IMG/VR virus record: IMGVR_UViG_3300030012_002336
Span: 9,950 to 73,949 of that record
Reading direction: 5' to 3' (one strand)
DNA length: 64,000 nucleotides
DNA from: a virus
Lineage: Duplodnaviria; Caudoviricetes
Part shown: in pieces, positions 37,701-47,439 of the stretch
Layout of the letters: the number at the start of each line of letters is the position of its first letter
Position numbering within the stretch: the stretch's first letter is position 1
The notes under the pieces: model-generated
Seen by the model: the letters and a program-made list of their open reading frames with translations, nothing else
Database searches by the model: none
Told to the model about the DNA's origin: nothing
Made by a program: the position numbers and the translations under genes

Positions 37701-40700
37701 CTGTAAATAAACTAACCTGTTCTTCAGATAACTTATCTAAATAATACACGGTATATTTATCTTTGCTATTTTCTTTTAAAAAGTTTCTTATTGTAGCATT
37801 ATCAGTATAGTATGTTTTATTACCTCTTTTAAATGAAAAAGCTTTACTAAGTCCAACAGCACTGGTTTTTACTTCACCACCTAGTAGTTTTTCCAAAATC
37901 TCATCATAGTTAAAATTATCTATTGATCCAGCTCCAAGATTATCTAGTGAGTAATTCTTTTCATTAATTTTAACCAACACTTTTTCTCCTTGTGGATAAC
38001 CTTCTTTTTTTGCTGTAGCACTTTTTCTAAGAATAACTGTTGTACCTAGACCTTCTAATCCTTGTTGTTGTACTTTATTTAGATATGGTGCTTTAAAGCT
38101 TTTATCTATACCTAACCTTGCTTTTTGTAGAGTAAAGTATTCTCTTGTCTTTTTAAATCTTCTCCATCTACCATTCTCTGTATCATTATAACCTTGTATA
38201 TCTCCTGGTATAAACGTTTCACCACCCTGATATCTTTCTTGATATTCTCTTTGTATTTCATAAGCTTCTGCTCTTATCTTATCAAAAACTCTATCTACAG
38301 TTTCTAATGTAATATTAGACTTTCCATTTTTAAACTCTACAGTTTTAACTATAGGCATATTAATGTAATCTAATGTACTATTAGCTTCTAGAATCCTAGG
38401 ATAAATTCTTGCTGTTGCATATCTTGCTATTCTTACACCCACATCACTCTCTTCTCGGTATTCTTTTAAATCTAACTTACCAGTCTGTGGTACAAAGTCT
38501 ATAAAGTAACCATTTATAACAGAAGCTATTAGATCTCTCCCGCCAAAGTTAGAAGCATCTACACCCGGCTTTCTATTAACATCTAAGTTATTATTCATAA
38601 CATAGTATCCTTCATCAGTTCTACTAAACTTACCTACCTTATATCCTGCAACTCTGCTTATTCTTAACTCATTATTCTCAGCCATATCTCTAATATCAGG
38701 ACTATTAACAAGTAGTTCATTTTCATAGAAAGGATCTGCTTTTAAATTATCTAAATAATTAGTATCATTCAACTGTCTAATTAACTTCATATGTACAGAA
38801 GCTAATTGTTGTGAGTATATTCTTTTACCTGAAGGAGTTATATGTGTAGAGGCTCCAACAGTTTCATTAAATGCAGCATCTATTCTACCTAATCTTGCAA
38901 ATCTACCAGCACTTCCAGGATCTTTCTCAGATGTTTCTTCAATATTTTTCCCTTGTAAAAATGCATCAGTATATTTTGTAAATAAAACAGGAATAGACTG
39001 ATTATTTGCATCTGTTTTATTTAGTCCAGCTATTATAGCATTTATATCAGTTGCTGTAACTGTTTCTAATCTACCAAACTGACGTAAAAATTTTCTTTGG
39101 TTTGTGTTAGGACTTTGTATGTTTGATAAAATTGCATATCTTAAAAACCCAGGAGTAAAATTAATACCAGTTGTTCTAAATATTTCAGATTGAATACTAC
39201 CTGCAGCTGTACTTATTTTTTCTTCTAATACTTTATCTGTAATTGACTTTCTCCCCATTAACTTTGTAAGATCTTTTAAAGCTCCAACTGCCTCAGATCT
39301 AAACTGAGCATTATTTTTTAACTCTGGATATCTTGCAGCAAATGCATTATTCCATCTTTCCATAGTCTGATTTGCATCATCCTTTTTAGTTGCTGACATT
39401 ATTTGTAATGCTCCTGTTTCTTGATCTAACTGATCATAAGAATAATCTACTCTAGTTTGATTTTTAAAATGATTAATAAAATCTTGATAGAATAAAGGAT
39501 TTTGAATTTGCTTTGGTATTGTAAAACCATCTTGCATAATATCTTGCCTAGTTAGCCCTATCTTATCAAGCACTCTTTCAACAATAGCAAAAGTTTGCTC
39601 TGAGTCATTAGAGAATCTAACTAAAGATTCTAATACATCAACCTCTGTAAATGCATCTGATGTAGCCTTCATTAATCCTTCATAACCAGTTTGGAAATGA
39701 ACTGTTTGCACAACACTTCTACCAAACATATCTTTTGAAGTATATGTTGTAGTTGCAATTAAATTACGCATATACTGACTAAATGATTTTAATCCACCAA
39801 TTTCATCTTGTGACTTTTCATATTCAGCAATACTTTTTATATTATTAGTTCCTACACCTGGTTCTATAACTTGATCAGAAGTTCTTTCTATAATAACATC
39901 CATTCCTCTTAGGTATGTTGAAACCGCATTAATAATATCACCACGTACAGAAAAAGGTCTTGTTTGAAGCAGAGAAGCATATACATCTTTTATTTGTTTT
40001 TCTTGATTTATATAATCTTCTGGGCTTAATTCTTCTTGCAATACAGTAGGATTGTAAGTTTCTATATAATCTGCAACTGCATTTTCTAATATATTTAAAG
40101 GGTTATATGGCCCTGTAATATTCTCAATATAGTCATTATATATACGTGCAATATTTGCAACTAACTGATTTTGCATATTAGGATCAAAGTATGTATTAAC
40201 AGACTTTCTTATAGTAGTACCATCATCTCTCTTTATAAATAGTCTCTTAGATCCATTTCTAATATTTTTAAATGCTAATCTATTTACACCAACAGCATAT
40301 GCACTAGTTTCAGGTCTAGTAAATTGGTTATCTACAATATCTGCATACTTAAAACCACCAGATAAAATTTTATCATATAAGGCTTGTATATCAAATGGAG
40401 ACTTAGTTCTAAATAAACCTCTTATAAAGTCTAATACCTTTTTAAAGAATATTACTATCTTACCAGTAAAAGTTTTCTTCTTATTTGCATAGTCTTGGAA
40501 GTTATCCCATATAAACTCTTCAACTAGTCTATCTGTAGCTTGTTTATCAGTAGCTCTTACACGTGCATAATCCTCTAATTTCCAATTAGTTATCTCATCT
40601 TTAAGGTTCTTACCATCTGCTTTAAGTTGCTTTAAGTATTTAGATTTTTCTTCTTTTATATATCCTTGCTGTTGTTCATCTGTAAGTAGTAATCTCCATA

Positions 40701-43700
40701 CACCGTGACCTGCTTCATGATATGCAAACTGTGTAACCTCTGGTAAATATATAATACCACCTTCTACTCTAGCACCCACAGTAGCCATGTTTAAGCCAAA
40801 AGCAGCAACAGTTTCTTGATTATCTACAAGTCTATCTTTTAATACTTTAAGATCCTCTACAGTAAAGAACTCAGGTAAGATGGTTTCCATCTCACTTATA
40901 AAGTCTTCTCTATTTACTGCTTGTAAGCCATCTAATAGCTCACCTCTTTCTAATACTTTATTTGCAACATCATCACCTAAATTGTCAAATCTTTTTAACT
41001 GTCTCTCTAATTCTATTCTCTCTGTGTCAAGCTTAATTACTCTAGGATCTTTTAATACAGCCTCGTCTAATTTTTTATGTAGAGTAACCGCTTTTATATT
41101 TGGATTTTCAGATTTTATTAGCTCTACTTTCTCTAGTTTTAACTCTTTAACCAGATCTGTATACTGTTCAGTAATATCATCAAGTTTGTTTTGTATTCTT
41201 TCTTCTTCAGTCATATTATCTTCATATGACTCTAATAAAATATCTTGCATTTCAATATTATCATCTATTTCTGTTTCTCTTAATAAACGTATAAACTTCT
41301 CATTAGAATCATTATTATTAACTTGTTTATTATCTAAATATTGATGAACTTGATTTACAAAATTAATATCTACTTCACTATACTCATACATCTGACCATC
41401 TAACATATTAGCAAGATCATCTATTGCAGCAGCATATTTTTCAGCTATGTTATCAGTAAGTTCAGTGATATTATCTTCTGTTTGTTTATTTTCTTGATTA
41501 GCTCCTTCATCTACAACCTTATTCTTTGGAACATTATCTGATGGTTTCATAGCTACAGCTTGTTCTCTAGAAGATTTTATACCTGTGCTCTCTAGTGTAA
41601 TATTTAAACCTCTACCTCTTCTTATATTTCTAACCACCTCTGCAGTAACTAAACTATTTAACTCATTATTTAATTGATCTACAGTAAGGTCTTTATCTAA
41701 ATTCTTTACAAAATTATCTAAGGTTAATTTAAAATTTTGTATAGGTCTATAATTTTCATATCCCTTGATATTCTTTCCATTTTTAATAAAGTAGTCCTGG
41801 ACTTGCTTAAATCCTTTATTTACTTGATCTAAAAACTCTTGCATTGTTTTAGCCTCAGCAAGTAATTTGTTTGCCTCTTTGTTAAACATAACCTTAGCTC
41901 TACCTTTCTTACCTACACTCTCATCTATCAAATTTCTATATGTTACTTGGATGTATCCATTTTCATTAAATTCTATACCAATAATAGTACCTGGATCATA
42001 TTCTATATAAAAATCTCTTTGTAGTTTATTATTAAATTCAGCAATAGGCTGTAAGTCTTTAACACTTTCATCAGTATTTCTATCTGCATCAATCTTTTGT
42101 TGCATTTCTTTTATCTCAGTAAATACTTCATCTAGCTTACTTACTTCTTGCTTCATAGGTCTTAGCCTAAAAAAGGTTATAGTTCCATTAGGTTCTTTTA
42201 CCGCCATAGAATATCTACCTATAGGCACATCTGCAAGAGTAGTATTAGAATTACCATTATTAAAATTATTCTTAATATATTCTACTAACTCTCTTTGAAT
42301 CTCTGAACGTGCATTGCCCTCTGCAGTAGTATAGTAATCAAAAGTTGGAGTAATCTTACCCTCACTATATGTGTTATATTTATCTATAATAAAAATTTGA
42401 TTATTTATTTTAGTGTATTTAAGATTTTCAAGTAAATTTTGTGCAGGCTTATTGTTAACTTGATATCCTGGACTACCTGCAGTTGCTTGTACATTTATAG
42501 GAACTGATGATAATGGTACATCTACAGTATTTTTATCACCTAATTTAGATCTTAGCAGATCGTTTATTTCTATTAGTGTTTGATAATTACTTTGAATTTG
42601 TTTATAAGCGTTTGGATTACCTTCGGTTATAAATAATTTTTCTGCTTGTAATGCATTTATGGTAGAACCATTAATAATTTTACCATTATCTAATAATGTT
42701 ACCAAACCTAAATTTCTTAACTTAGCAATAGGTTGATTATCTAAAACTAGAGTAACCTCAAACTCATTCATACCAAAGGCAAGATCATTATTTGGTTTAT
42801 TCTTTTTATCAAAATTATTGTTCTTATCAAACTCTGGAAACTTAACTTCACCCTTTTCTGCCCTCTTTAATGTTTCTTGATACTTTTCATATTGAGGATT
42901 TCTATCTATTGTTAATATAGCATTATTAAGTTTTTCTTGTGTTGTTGTGCTAAGCACTCTTTCAAATGCTAGTTGTGCCTCAGTAGTAGAAAGTGTTTCT
43001 GCATTAGGATCTACAAACTTACCAAACTTCACAAAACCTGGGTTAAAAGGGTAGAACTTTACTCCATTATCTATAGGAATCTTTTTAATTGATTCAGATA
43101 TAGGTCTATCAGTTTTACCTATAATAGTCCACTCTTGATCAGTCCAATCTTTTTTAGTTTTAATAAAGTCTTTTCTCTTCTTAGAATATGGTTTACCTAT
43201 ATCTTCACTATGTACTATATATAAATTTTTATTTTTATTAAATGTACTCTCTGTTGATCTTACAATCCATACATTCTTAGGATCTCCTTTTCTTACAAGT
43301 CTATCACCTGTTTGAAAAGTTTCTCCAAATAAATCTTCAATTACAAAAGGATTTATAGGACTATACTCATTAATTCTTTTAGCTGCCAACTTTGCTTGAT
43401 CTAAAGTTTTATATGAACCTATATCATCTGGTGATATATCTTTTATTCTACCAAAAATATTATTTCCACTAGCATCAACAACAGCATAAATAAATCTATC
43501 TTGCTTGCCAGTCTCAGATATTCTTGTTTGCTTTATGAAGATACCGTCATAAGCTGTGTCTTTTATTTCAATATTATCTGATTCTGTAGGTACATCTTCT
43601 TTAGTAGCTTTTTTATTAAACTCAACTGTAGATACAAATCTTAACTCTGTTTCATATTTTTCAATTATATCAAATACAACTAACTTATTGTTTGGATCAA

Positions 43701-46700
43701 CAATCCAATTATCAAAATCCCTAGCCCCTGTTTTTTTATAGTTTTCACTCTGTTTATATTTTTGAAATAAATCATATCTTGCACCAAGTATTTGAAAACC
43801 ACCATCACCTAGTGCTAGCTTCTTTTTTTTCCAATCTGAATAATCTAAAGATGGTCTATCTGAATTTGCATATAAAGCATAAATATCTTTCATTAAGGTT
43901 TGAGTAGATTTATTATCAGAATAAAAATTATCTCTTGCAACAACTGCTGCTGTTATTTCTTCAGAGTTAACTGTATCCTCTTCAGGAATAGTAACTTCTT
44001 CATCTTTTAAAGACTGCTGATAAGGATCTGTTTCTGATTGTAAACTTGTTAATTCCTCTTCTACTGTAGTACTTTCTTCTTCAGTGACCTCTTCTTTAGT
44101 TGTATTTGTTTTAGCTAGAAGCTCTTTATATGAATTTTCTAATTTTTTTATTTCTGCCATTTCAGCCATGTCTTCTGTAATAACACCTTTATCAAAACCA
44201 AAATATTCAGTAGGCAATTTATTCTCTTTAATAAAAGCTTCTACTTGTTCTGGAACAGGTTGTACTTGACTTAGACCTTGGATATCACCTAATTTAGATA
44301 ATTGATTTAAAAATGTCCTTTGAGCATCAGTTATTATAGTTTTGTTAACTCTTCTTATAGTTGCATTCTCACCTGTATATTTATTATACATAGCTTTATG
44401 TACAATAGCCATCTCTTGAGCAAACCTTTCTGCATTAATAGGATTAGCAAAAAAGTTTATAGCATCATTATATCTTTTAGATTGAATATCTAAAGTTGTA
44501 AAATCTATAATTTTATCTATATTTTCTGAAAGATTTGCATTAGCCACAGTACCTTGTCTATAGAAAGCAATCTTTTGAAAGTATTGTGCTATTAAATCTT
44601 TTAATTTATTAACAGGACCTTGAGGTAAATCACTAACATCTAAACCTGACTTCAAAGCTTGTACATTTATTGGATCAAATAAAATAGGTTTTATTTTTTC
44701 TAGTAAATCTAACTTTGCTTTTTTAAAATCTAAATCTTCTTTTGTTTCAGGAGTAACCTCAGTATTTGCCAAAGTTTCTTTTAAAAATAAAATCTCTTTA
44801 GCCATAGATCTTTCTGATAATAAAACATCTAATTCAGAAGCCTCTAAATTAGTCACAACCGGAACCTGAGTTAATGATTGCAATATATCTGCTTTTCTTT
44901 TTACATAATTTTTAAAAGAGTCTCCAGCAAATAAAGCCATATCTCTCATAAACTCCCAACCTTGATAATTAAAATATGCAGCATTATACTCATCAGAACC
45001 TGGTTCAAATTGCGTATATAAATATGGATTAGGTAATCTATTATCTAGTCTAAGTTTTTCTTTCTTTAAGACTTTAGCATTTTCAATTGCTTCATCTAAT
45101 CTTTTTCTTATTTTTACAGGATCTGCATTTTTATCATCTACAATATTTACTATCTCTTGATCATCTAATTGTTTATAGCTTTCCATTTGATCTATAAAAA
45201 CTTGATGATTTCTATTTTTAATATTTGCATTAATTGCATTGAACATCATCTTATGCACAGTATCAAAATACTTTTTTACTTTACCCTCAGTTGTGTATTG
45301 AAATGCTAATTTATCTGCTAAAATTTGTGAAGTAGCATCCATTGTTTGTGGATGATAAAAATTAACAACATCATTATAAATGCTATTGTCCATATCAGCT
45401 TGAGCTCTTCTATATTTATCTGTATTCTTTTTTATATCAGCATAGTCTTTATTAACTTTTGTATTAACATAATCAGGAATTGCATTAAATACTATAGATT
45501 GAGGTATTGCTGTTGCACCTCTCATAAAAAAACCAGATAAGAATACTTTTAAACCTTGTGGTGACCATTGTTTTTCTATTCCTTTTTGTGCATATTTAGA
45601 ATACTCTTGTGGTGAAGAAAGTAAATTTTTAACTTCAGTAGATAATTGATCCATGGGAGACTTACCAATACTCATTCTATTTGCATTCTCCCAAATATTA
45701 TCTGTTAAGCCCATAGCCTTTTTTACTTCTGCGTAAGGCATACTACTAAACATCTCCTCATAATATGCACTAATACCATCAGCAATTGCTTCTTGTGATA
45801 CTTCTTGAACACCTTCTGGTATACCTAATAATGTAAATCTCAATGCACCCCCAGCTAAGCCTTTTGCAATACCTCCAGGTCCAGCAGCTTTTATGTTTTT
45901 TAAAAAACCTTTAACACCTTGCTTCTTAGCAGCTACAGCTACAATAGGTTTTCCTGGAGTTCCTGGTTTGAACGCCCTACCTGCAGCAGTTCTTATTGTA
46001 GAACCCCTTGCTCCATCTACACCTGTCTCTATTGCATCACCTGTTAGCCTACGGAAACCTCTCATTGCTGTTCCAATAAGAAGTTTATTACTTAAATATA
46101 TAAGTGGAAAGTTATTAAACAAAGTCTTTAATCCTGCTCTCTTACCTGCTTCTACAGTTGTTAACATTTCATCAGGTGTCAAAGGTCTACCTAGTTTCTC
46201 TTCTTCTATTTTCTTTGTTGCTTCTTGTACTCTTAATTCTTCTATACCAGCTTCCATTTTTGACTCTGCTAAAGCTAAGTTTATTGATCTAAGATCTCTA
46301 TAAAAACCACCAAATGTTCTTTGTATTTTTGCAAGTTGTGATAAATTATCACCAACACTTGCTGCAGATTTTAAACTAGCAAAAGCTCTCATTGTTTCAG
46401 GAGCAAAAAAGTTTGCTAAACCTCTACCAGCACCTGCAAACCCTGCTTTACTTGCTTGAAAAAAGTTTTTTGCATTTTTAACATTATTTAATGTTTGACT
46501 AAAATTTGAAATTTGAGATGTGTATCTTCTAGTATCTGCAGCAATAGATGGAATTTTTCTTAATCTATCAATATTTCTAGCAGTGCCAGCAGCTTTAGTA
46601 GATAAACTACCACCTCCTGTAAATGGAGCTGTTACTGCAGCTGCTCCCCACAATGTTAATTCTTCTGCAGCTATACCTCCTATTATACCAAATGTATATG

Positions 46701-47439
46701 CACTATTAACAAAAAAATCATTAATATGACCTTTCATAGTACCTGGATTATTTGTCATGCCTATTCTCATATTATCAGTTAAGGCCCTAGCACCTTGAAA
46801 GTCAGATATAAAAGGTTCTCCATAAAACATATCTTTTATTGATCTTATACTTGAACCCATAGCAGGACCAAATATACCTTTAAATGCACCCCAACTTCTA
46901 GCCAGTTCCTCTTGATTAGTCATATTTTGATTATAATATCTTTCATTATCACCAAAAGGATTAAAACCTAATCTTGAAAATGCAGGAGTTGAATAATATC
47001 TATCTAAATTAGTTGCCTGTGTATTAAGTTTTAAAGAGTGTGTATAGTTAGGAGTTAAACTATCTTCAAAACCAACTGATCCATCAATTATCTGACGGTA
47101 TCTTGCTTCTCTTTGTTGTACATCAGTGCCTTGAAAATCACCAAGTGACTCAGTATATGGGTTAAAATTTGGCGTTACTTTCCCAGGATAAGGATTACTC
47201 ATACTATTATTAGGACCAAAGAATGGAACAAACTGAGTAAACTCTTTTGCTTCTTCTATTAGCATTTCAGTTGCTGGATCTATAGGTCCAACATTACCAA
47301 ATTCAAAAGCATCAGATGCCATTTTTTGAAATGTATCTATTGGAGGTAAATCAACTCTAGCGTCTTGAAAATTAACATCAGGCTGCTCAAATGAATCCCC
47401 TAAGAGATTGTTATCTGTTAAGTTTATTTTTTCTGACAT
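31762..47439 (-). CDS. Giant virion-packaged DNA-dependent RNA polymerase (crAss-like, double-psi beta-barrel) fused to other domains
   Basis: DxDxD motif GRDLDID (35635-35649), ETDG, VPAQ, MTDNAK; zincin HEAGH (40705-40719); N-terminal EGVQEVSQ helical/hydrophobic region. Confidence 0.8.
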   Translation of the reverse strand: MSEKINLTDNNLLGDSFEQPDVNFQDARVDLPPIDTFQKMASDAFEFGNVGPIDPATEMLIEEAKEFTQFVPFFGPNNSMSNPYPGKVTPNFNPYTESLGDFQGTDVQQREARYRQIIDGSVGFEDSLTPNYTHSLKLNTQATNLDRYYSTPAFSRLGFNPFGDNERYYNQNMTNQEELARSWGAFKGIFGPAMGSSIRSIKDMFYGEPFISDFQGARALTDNMRIGMTNNPGTMKGHINDFFVNSAYTFGIIGGIAAEELTLWGAAAVTAPFTGGGSLSTKAAGTARNIDRLRKIPSIAADTRRYTSQISNFSQTLNNVKNAKNFFQASKAGFAGAGRGLANFFAPETMRAFASLKSAASVGDNLSQLAKIQRTFGGFYRDLRSINLALAESKMEAGIEELRVQEATKKIEEEKLGRPLTPDEMLTTVEAGKRAGLKTLFNNFPLIYLSNKLLIGTAMRGFRRLTGDAIETGVDGARGSTIRTAAGRAFKPGTPGKPIVAVAAKKQGVKGFLKNIKAAGPGGIAKGLAGGALRFTLLGIPEGVQEVSQEAIADGISAYYEEMFSSMPYAEVKKAMGLTDNIWENANRMSIGKSPMDQLSTEVKNLLSSPQEYSKYAQKGIEKQWSPQGLKVFLSGFFMRGATAIPQSIVFNAIPDYVNTKVNKDYADIKKNTDKYRRAQADMDNSIYNDVVNFYHPQTMDATSQILADKLAFQYTTEGKVKKYFDTVHKMMFNAINANIKNRNHQVFIDQMESYKQLDDQEIVNIVDDKNADPVKIRKRLDEAIENAKVLKKEKLRLDNRLPNPYLYTQFEPGSDEYNAAYFNYQGWEFMRDMALFAGDSFKNYVKRKADILQSLTQVPVVTNLEASELDVLLSERSMAKEILFLKETLANTEVTPETKEDLDFKKAKLDLLEKIKPILFDPINVQALKSGLDVSDLPQGPVNKLKDLIAQYFQKIAFYRQGTVANANLSENIDKIIDFTTLDIQSKRYNDAINFFANPINAERFAQEMAIVHKAMYNKYTGENATIRRVNKTIITDAQRTFLNQLSKLGDIQGLSQVQPVPEQVEAFIKENKLPTEYFGFDKGVITEDMAEMAEIKKLENSYKELLAKTNTTKEEVTEEESTTVEEELTSLQSETDPYQQSLKDEEVTIPEEDTVNSEEITAAVVARDNFYSDNKSTQTLMKDIYALYANSDRPSLDYSDWKKKKLALGDGGFQILGARYDLFQKYKQSENYKKTGARDFDNWIVDPNNKLVVFDIIEKYETELRFVSTVEFNKKATKEDVPTESDNIEIKDTAYDGIFIKQTRISETGKQDRFIYAVVDASGNNIFGRIKDISPDDIGSYKTLDQAKLAAKRINEYSPINPFVIEDLFGETFQTGDRLVRKGDPKNVWIVRSTESTFNKNKNLYIVHSEDIGKPYSKKRKDFIKTKKDWTDQEWTIIGKTDRPISESIKKIPIDNGVKFYPFNPGFVKFGKFVDPNAETLSTTEAQLAFERVLSTTTQEKLNNAILTIDRNPQYEKYQETLKRAEKGEVKFPEFDKNNNFDKKNKPNNDLAFGMNEFEVTLVLDNQPIAKLRNLGLVTLLDNGKIINGSTINALQAEKLFITEGNPNAYKQIQSNYQTLIEINDLLRSKLGDKNTVDVPLSSVPINVQATAGSPGYQVNNKPAQNLLENLKYTKINNQIFIIDKYNTYSEGKITPTFDYYTTAEGNARSEIQRELVEYIKNNFNNGNSNTTLADVPIGRYSMAVKEPNGTITFFRLRPMKQEVSKLDEVFTEIKEMQQKIDADRNTDESVKDLQPIAEFNNKLQRDFYIEYDPGTIIGIEFNENGYIQVTYRNLIDESVGKKGRAKVMFNKEANKLLAEAKTMQEFLDQVNKGFKQVQDYFIKNGKNIKGYENYRPIQNFKLTLDNFVKNLDKDLTVDQLNNELNSLVTAEVVRNIRRGRGLNITLESTGIKSSREQAVAMKPSDNVPKNKVVDEGANQENKQTEDNITELTDNIAEKYAAAIDDLANMLDGQMYEYSEVDINFVNQVHQYLDNKQVNNNDSNEKFIRLLRETEIDDNIEMQDILLESYEDNMTEEERIQNKLDDITEQYTDLVKELKLEKVELIKSENPNIKAVTLHKKLDEAVLKDPRVIKLDTERIELERQLKRFDNLGDDVANKVLERGELLDGLQAVNREDFISEMETILPEFFTVEDLKVLKDRLVDNQETVAAFGLNMATVGARVEGGIIYLPEVTQFAYHEAGHGVWRLLLTDEQQQGYIKEEKSKYLKQLKADGKNLKDEITNWKLEDYARVRATDKQATDRLVEEFIWDNFQDYANKKKTFTGKIVIFFKKVLDFIRGLFRTKSPFDIQALYDKILSGGFKYADIVDNQFTRPETSAYAVGVNRLAFKNIRNGSKRLFIKRDDGTTIRKSVNTYFDPNMQNQLVANIARIYNDYIENITGPYNPLNILENAVADYIETYNPTVLQEELSPEDYINQEKQIKDVYASLLQTRPFSVRGDIINAVSTYLRGMDVIIERTSDQVIEPGVGTNNIKSIAEYEKSQDEIGGLKSFSQYMRNLIATTTYTSKDMFGRSVVQTVHFQTGYEGLMKATSDAFTEVDVLESLVRFSNDSEQTFAIVERVLDKIGLTRQDIMQDGFTIPKQIQNPLFYQDFINHFKNQTRVDYSYDQLDQETGALQIMSATKKDDANQTMERWNNAFAARYPELKNNAQFRSEAVGALKDLTKLMGRKSITDKVLEEKISTAAGSIQSEIFRTTGINFTPGFLRYAILSNIQSPNTNQRKFLRQFGRLETVTATDINAIIAGLNKTDANNQSIPVLFTKYTDAFLQGKNIEETSEKDPGSAGRFARLGRIDAAFNETVGASTHITPSGKRIYSQQLASVHMKLIRQLNDTNYLDNLKADPFYENELLVNSPDIRDMAENNELRISRVAGYKVGKFSRTDEGYYVMNNNLDVNRKPGVDASNFGGRDLIASVINGYFIDFVPQTGKLDLKEYREESDVGVRIARYATARIYPRILEANSTLDYINMPIVKTVEFKNGKSNITLETVDRVFDKIRAEAYEIQREYQERYQGGETFIPGDIQGYNDTENGRWRRFKKTREYFTLQKARLGIDKSFKAPYLNKVQQQGLEGLGTTVILRKSATAKKEGYPQGEKVLVKINEKNYSLDNLGAGSIDNFNYDEILEKLLGGEVKTSAVGLSKAFSFKRGNKTYYTDNATIRNFLKENSKDKYTVYYLDKLSEEQVSLFTESTDEFIEDDSIITGVEDLLVTKNPKTNELYTFNEALKETTFIQDVPATSLDQLKYQVRETLENKFTMFNDMIVNEDILKLVTTNISGNLNTSAGEPVAGTVIQDLNLVAGQQLHNLRQIFFNAYLNASTINKALLGNTNKSLADATVENKRNKQFAITGRDVAFETIAPEFGITHTMGKNSIAQVIFEDRKFKGMEETDGLIFATMKGAKYLNYGVGTSKAKLELINRIEQGEIINVSEILGSEGVNGLLSLGGQVQSEKFAYGDGKIYDKMSIMFLSDQIVGDPSTNFTTPSITNPEFFAIHENLKAIEANQEVVALATPASASKAEKSKVLSFEDISTLSETLSPKDLTNSITYLDANFMYQQQKQVAGKNTISNLKQMKIIVSSEQDNSADINVFGESMTLGKLRGIYNKVEGEKAKSSLLSKMNLIFTLDEAIVALEEARDLGKMTPDLQTFKDYAISSLEASQANNQMVELFKNSPDLNNSLTSTKFEQLFLTFFNSTFNERVPGFNTTLITNALGARVKRVKLIEDGIPVAWEVVRGYELKPSDQREALTLTRTGQPLNLKREDNITKEYLDQVLDKPLEVGDLFIDGLRGSVVKLNKDGSKSDLRYHEMIVAPQRSYMSQIKDDEVIPDEVGDLYTATVPAQDAHSAAYGKIVDFLPAWMASSGMISQSYMKRSGRDLDIDQVYNHEKDVYIKGGKIIEYGDGVPVDPNRSTKGVNNKSEDTLYEEYLNFVEREVQRSGSIYNLALRKYKRKNPGALEEEFKLLYEEDEVEVMWTEWLRENEDQTAPGWIAKESKLRFAKAEDFTYNKKEDEFGPKYIKVDISQEEILGALHQLNKPKSKEEYIDYKNKFKIEPYEAANNNILLDTKIALQSNPRMEAPSEYSSVGVANEPTSIDPLTDLLTNLESQVKSFANRKRIFDSSTDTDFLNDILRIYDSFHDGAKNIGSIVPQNLNFHIFSEYGLDLRDGSQFGKLVIDGQDYNEFTNPYILDPKNQNELIRRAFMGSAEITGMTDNAKYNIAYFLGLNKQALSTVANGVALGMPIRIPVMMVNHPTIKDVYRMYSSKIRNNEPANISKIIEKKIEAMTTDKPFLLENAATLRMSTEVLTEQLNAWEYVGGVKTLSKTFTGEVEVGSEAYEKLEEAELKVLQQFLTLERIKLATNKFIALPNFIDGIGSSTLDLERSLKSLDDLDINKSDSDFKNSSVPVDFRKFFGQINNIGGVKTQPYLTTLYRMASMINKVTPSVFISKTKPFEQITDIVLSHYKGAARSVESRGEIKKSIISYLTAKSFIHRLKTRGDGKRLVTLDNGIIYPEASENTPLIIMDVMRRLMKNNPDSYFLYDFLKPITYDNPNNKQMIDRIVANTWKTVPDAMMVEIGRDIANIYTKDEQNYQDMNHLLNYLLVKDGFTFARDSFINVMPPVMLKDIISAVSPAHSLLKSETLDDTRYREVFGATLNEITNQVVKSILLSHKNSFNLKVSRAGNARLALKEFKDESSLNYNIAAEDSRYKKDISLEEGLASGQIKAISTENKLYANAKKGHIIRIGTEGTPYEITDIIRLTKKQKRVKNFSSKFSILTGYTKEYYDAMSNTDSRLKGYLTLVKKTTEEVAEKQPAAVQGGAVQFDSGLGETYVNLFAKLGPAQDRKLKGRLIRKYEAQKKKQYGKQLSVEAFKKRLSLNKKQLKGKGFEVVNLTINNKDYDLIKFPLVRKIKTGSGKETTFITEVLTSVTVPKILDRGADQQTLMYNLKSETDGRVSEILGVNAIYTETESLGVDSATDIGDVFTSKRPAFSLLMENRKDRLENDIPMQEFMETDPTSLVEGLAEEDTNQLGQLGDAISATEQGFKNERGADVKPKEVKTTEEQGQLDIFKDFDFTAEELEEAQEELEIDLTGLKEDALEIPGEQNEDVKFLTEEYDKLTESEKQNIAVAENLGGLGVRSAEDLIALYQDPKQLYDTKEEFMEDIKKCKGK

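Noticed and set aside
10737-47439. Inteins, group I introns or homing endonucleases in polB, nrdJ or the vRNAP gene
   Set aside because: polB and nrdJ are compact and uninterrupted. No splice-junction or LAGLIDADG/HNH motifs were noticed, though the 5225-aa ORF could not be excluded rigorously by eye.
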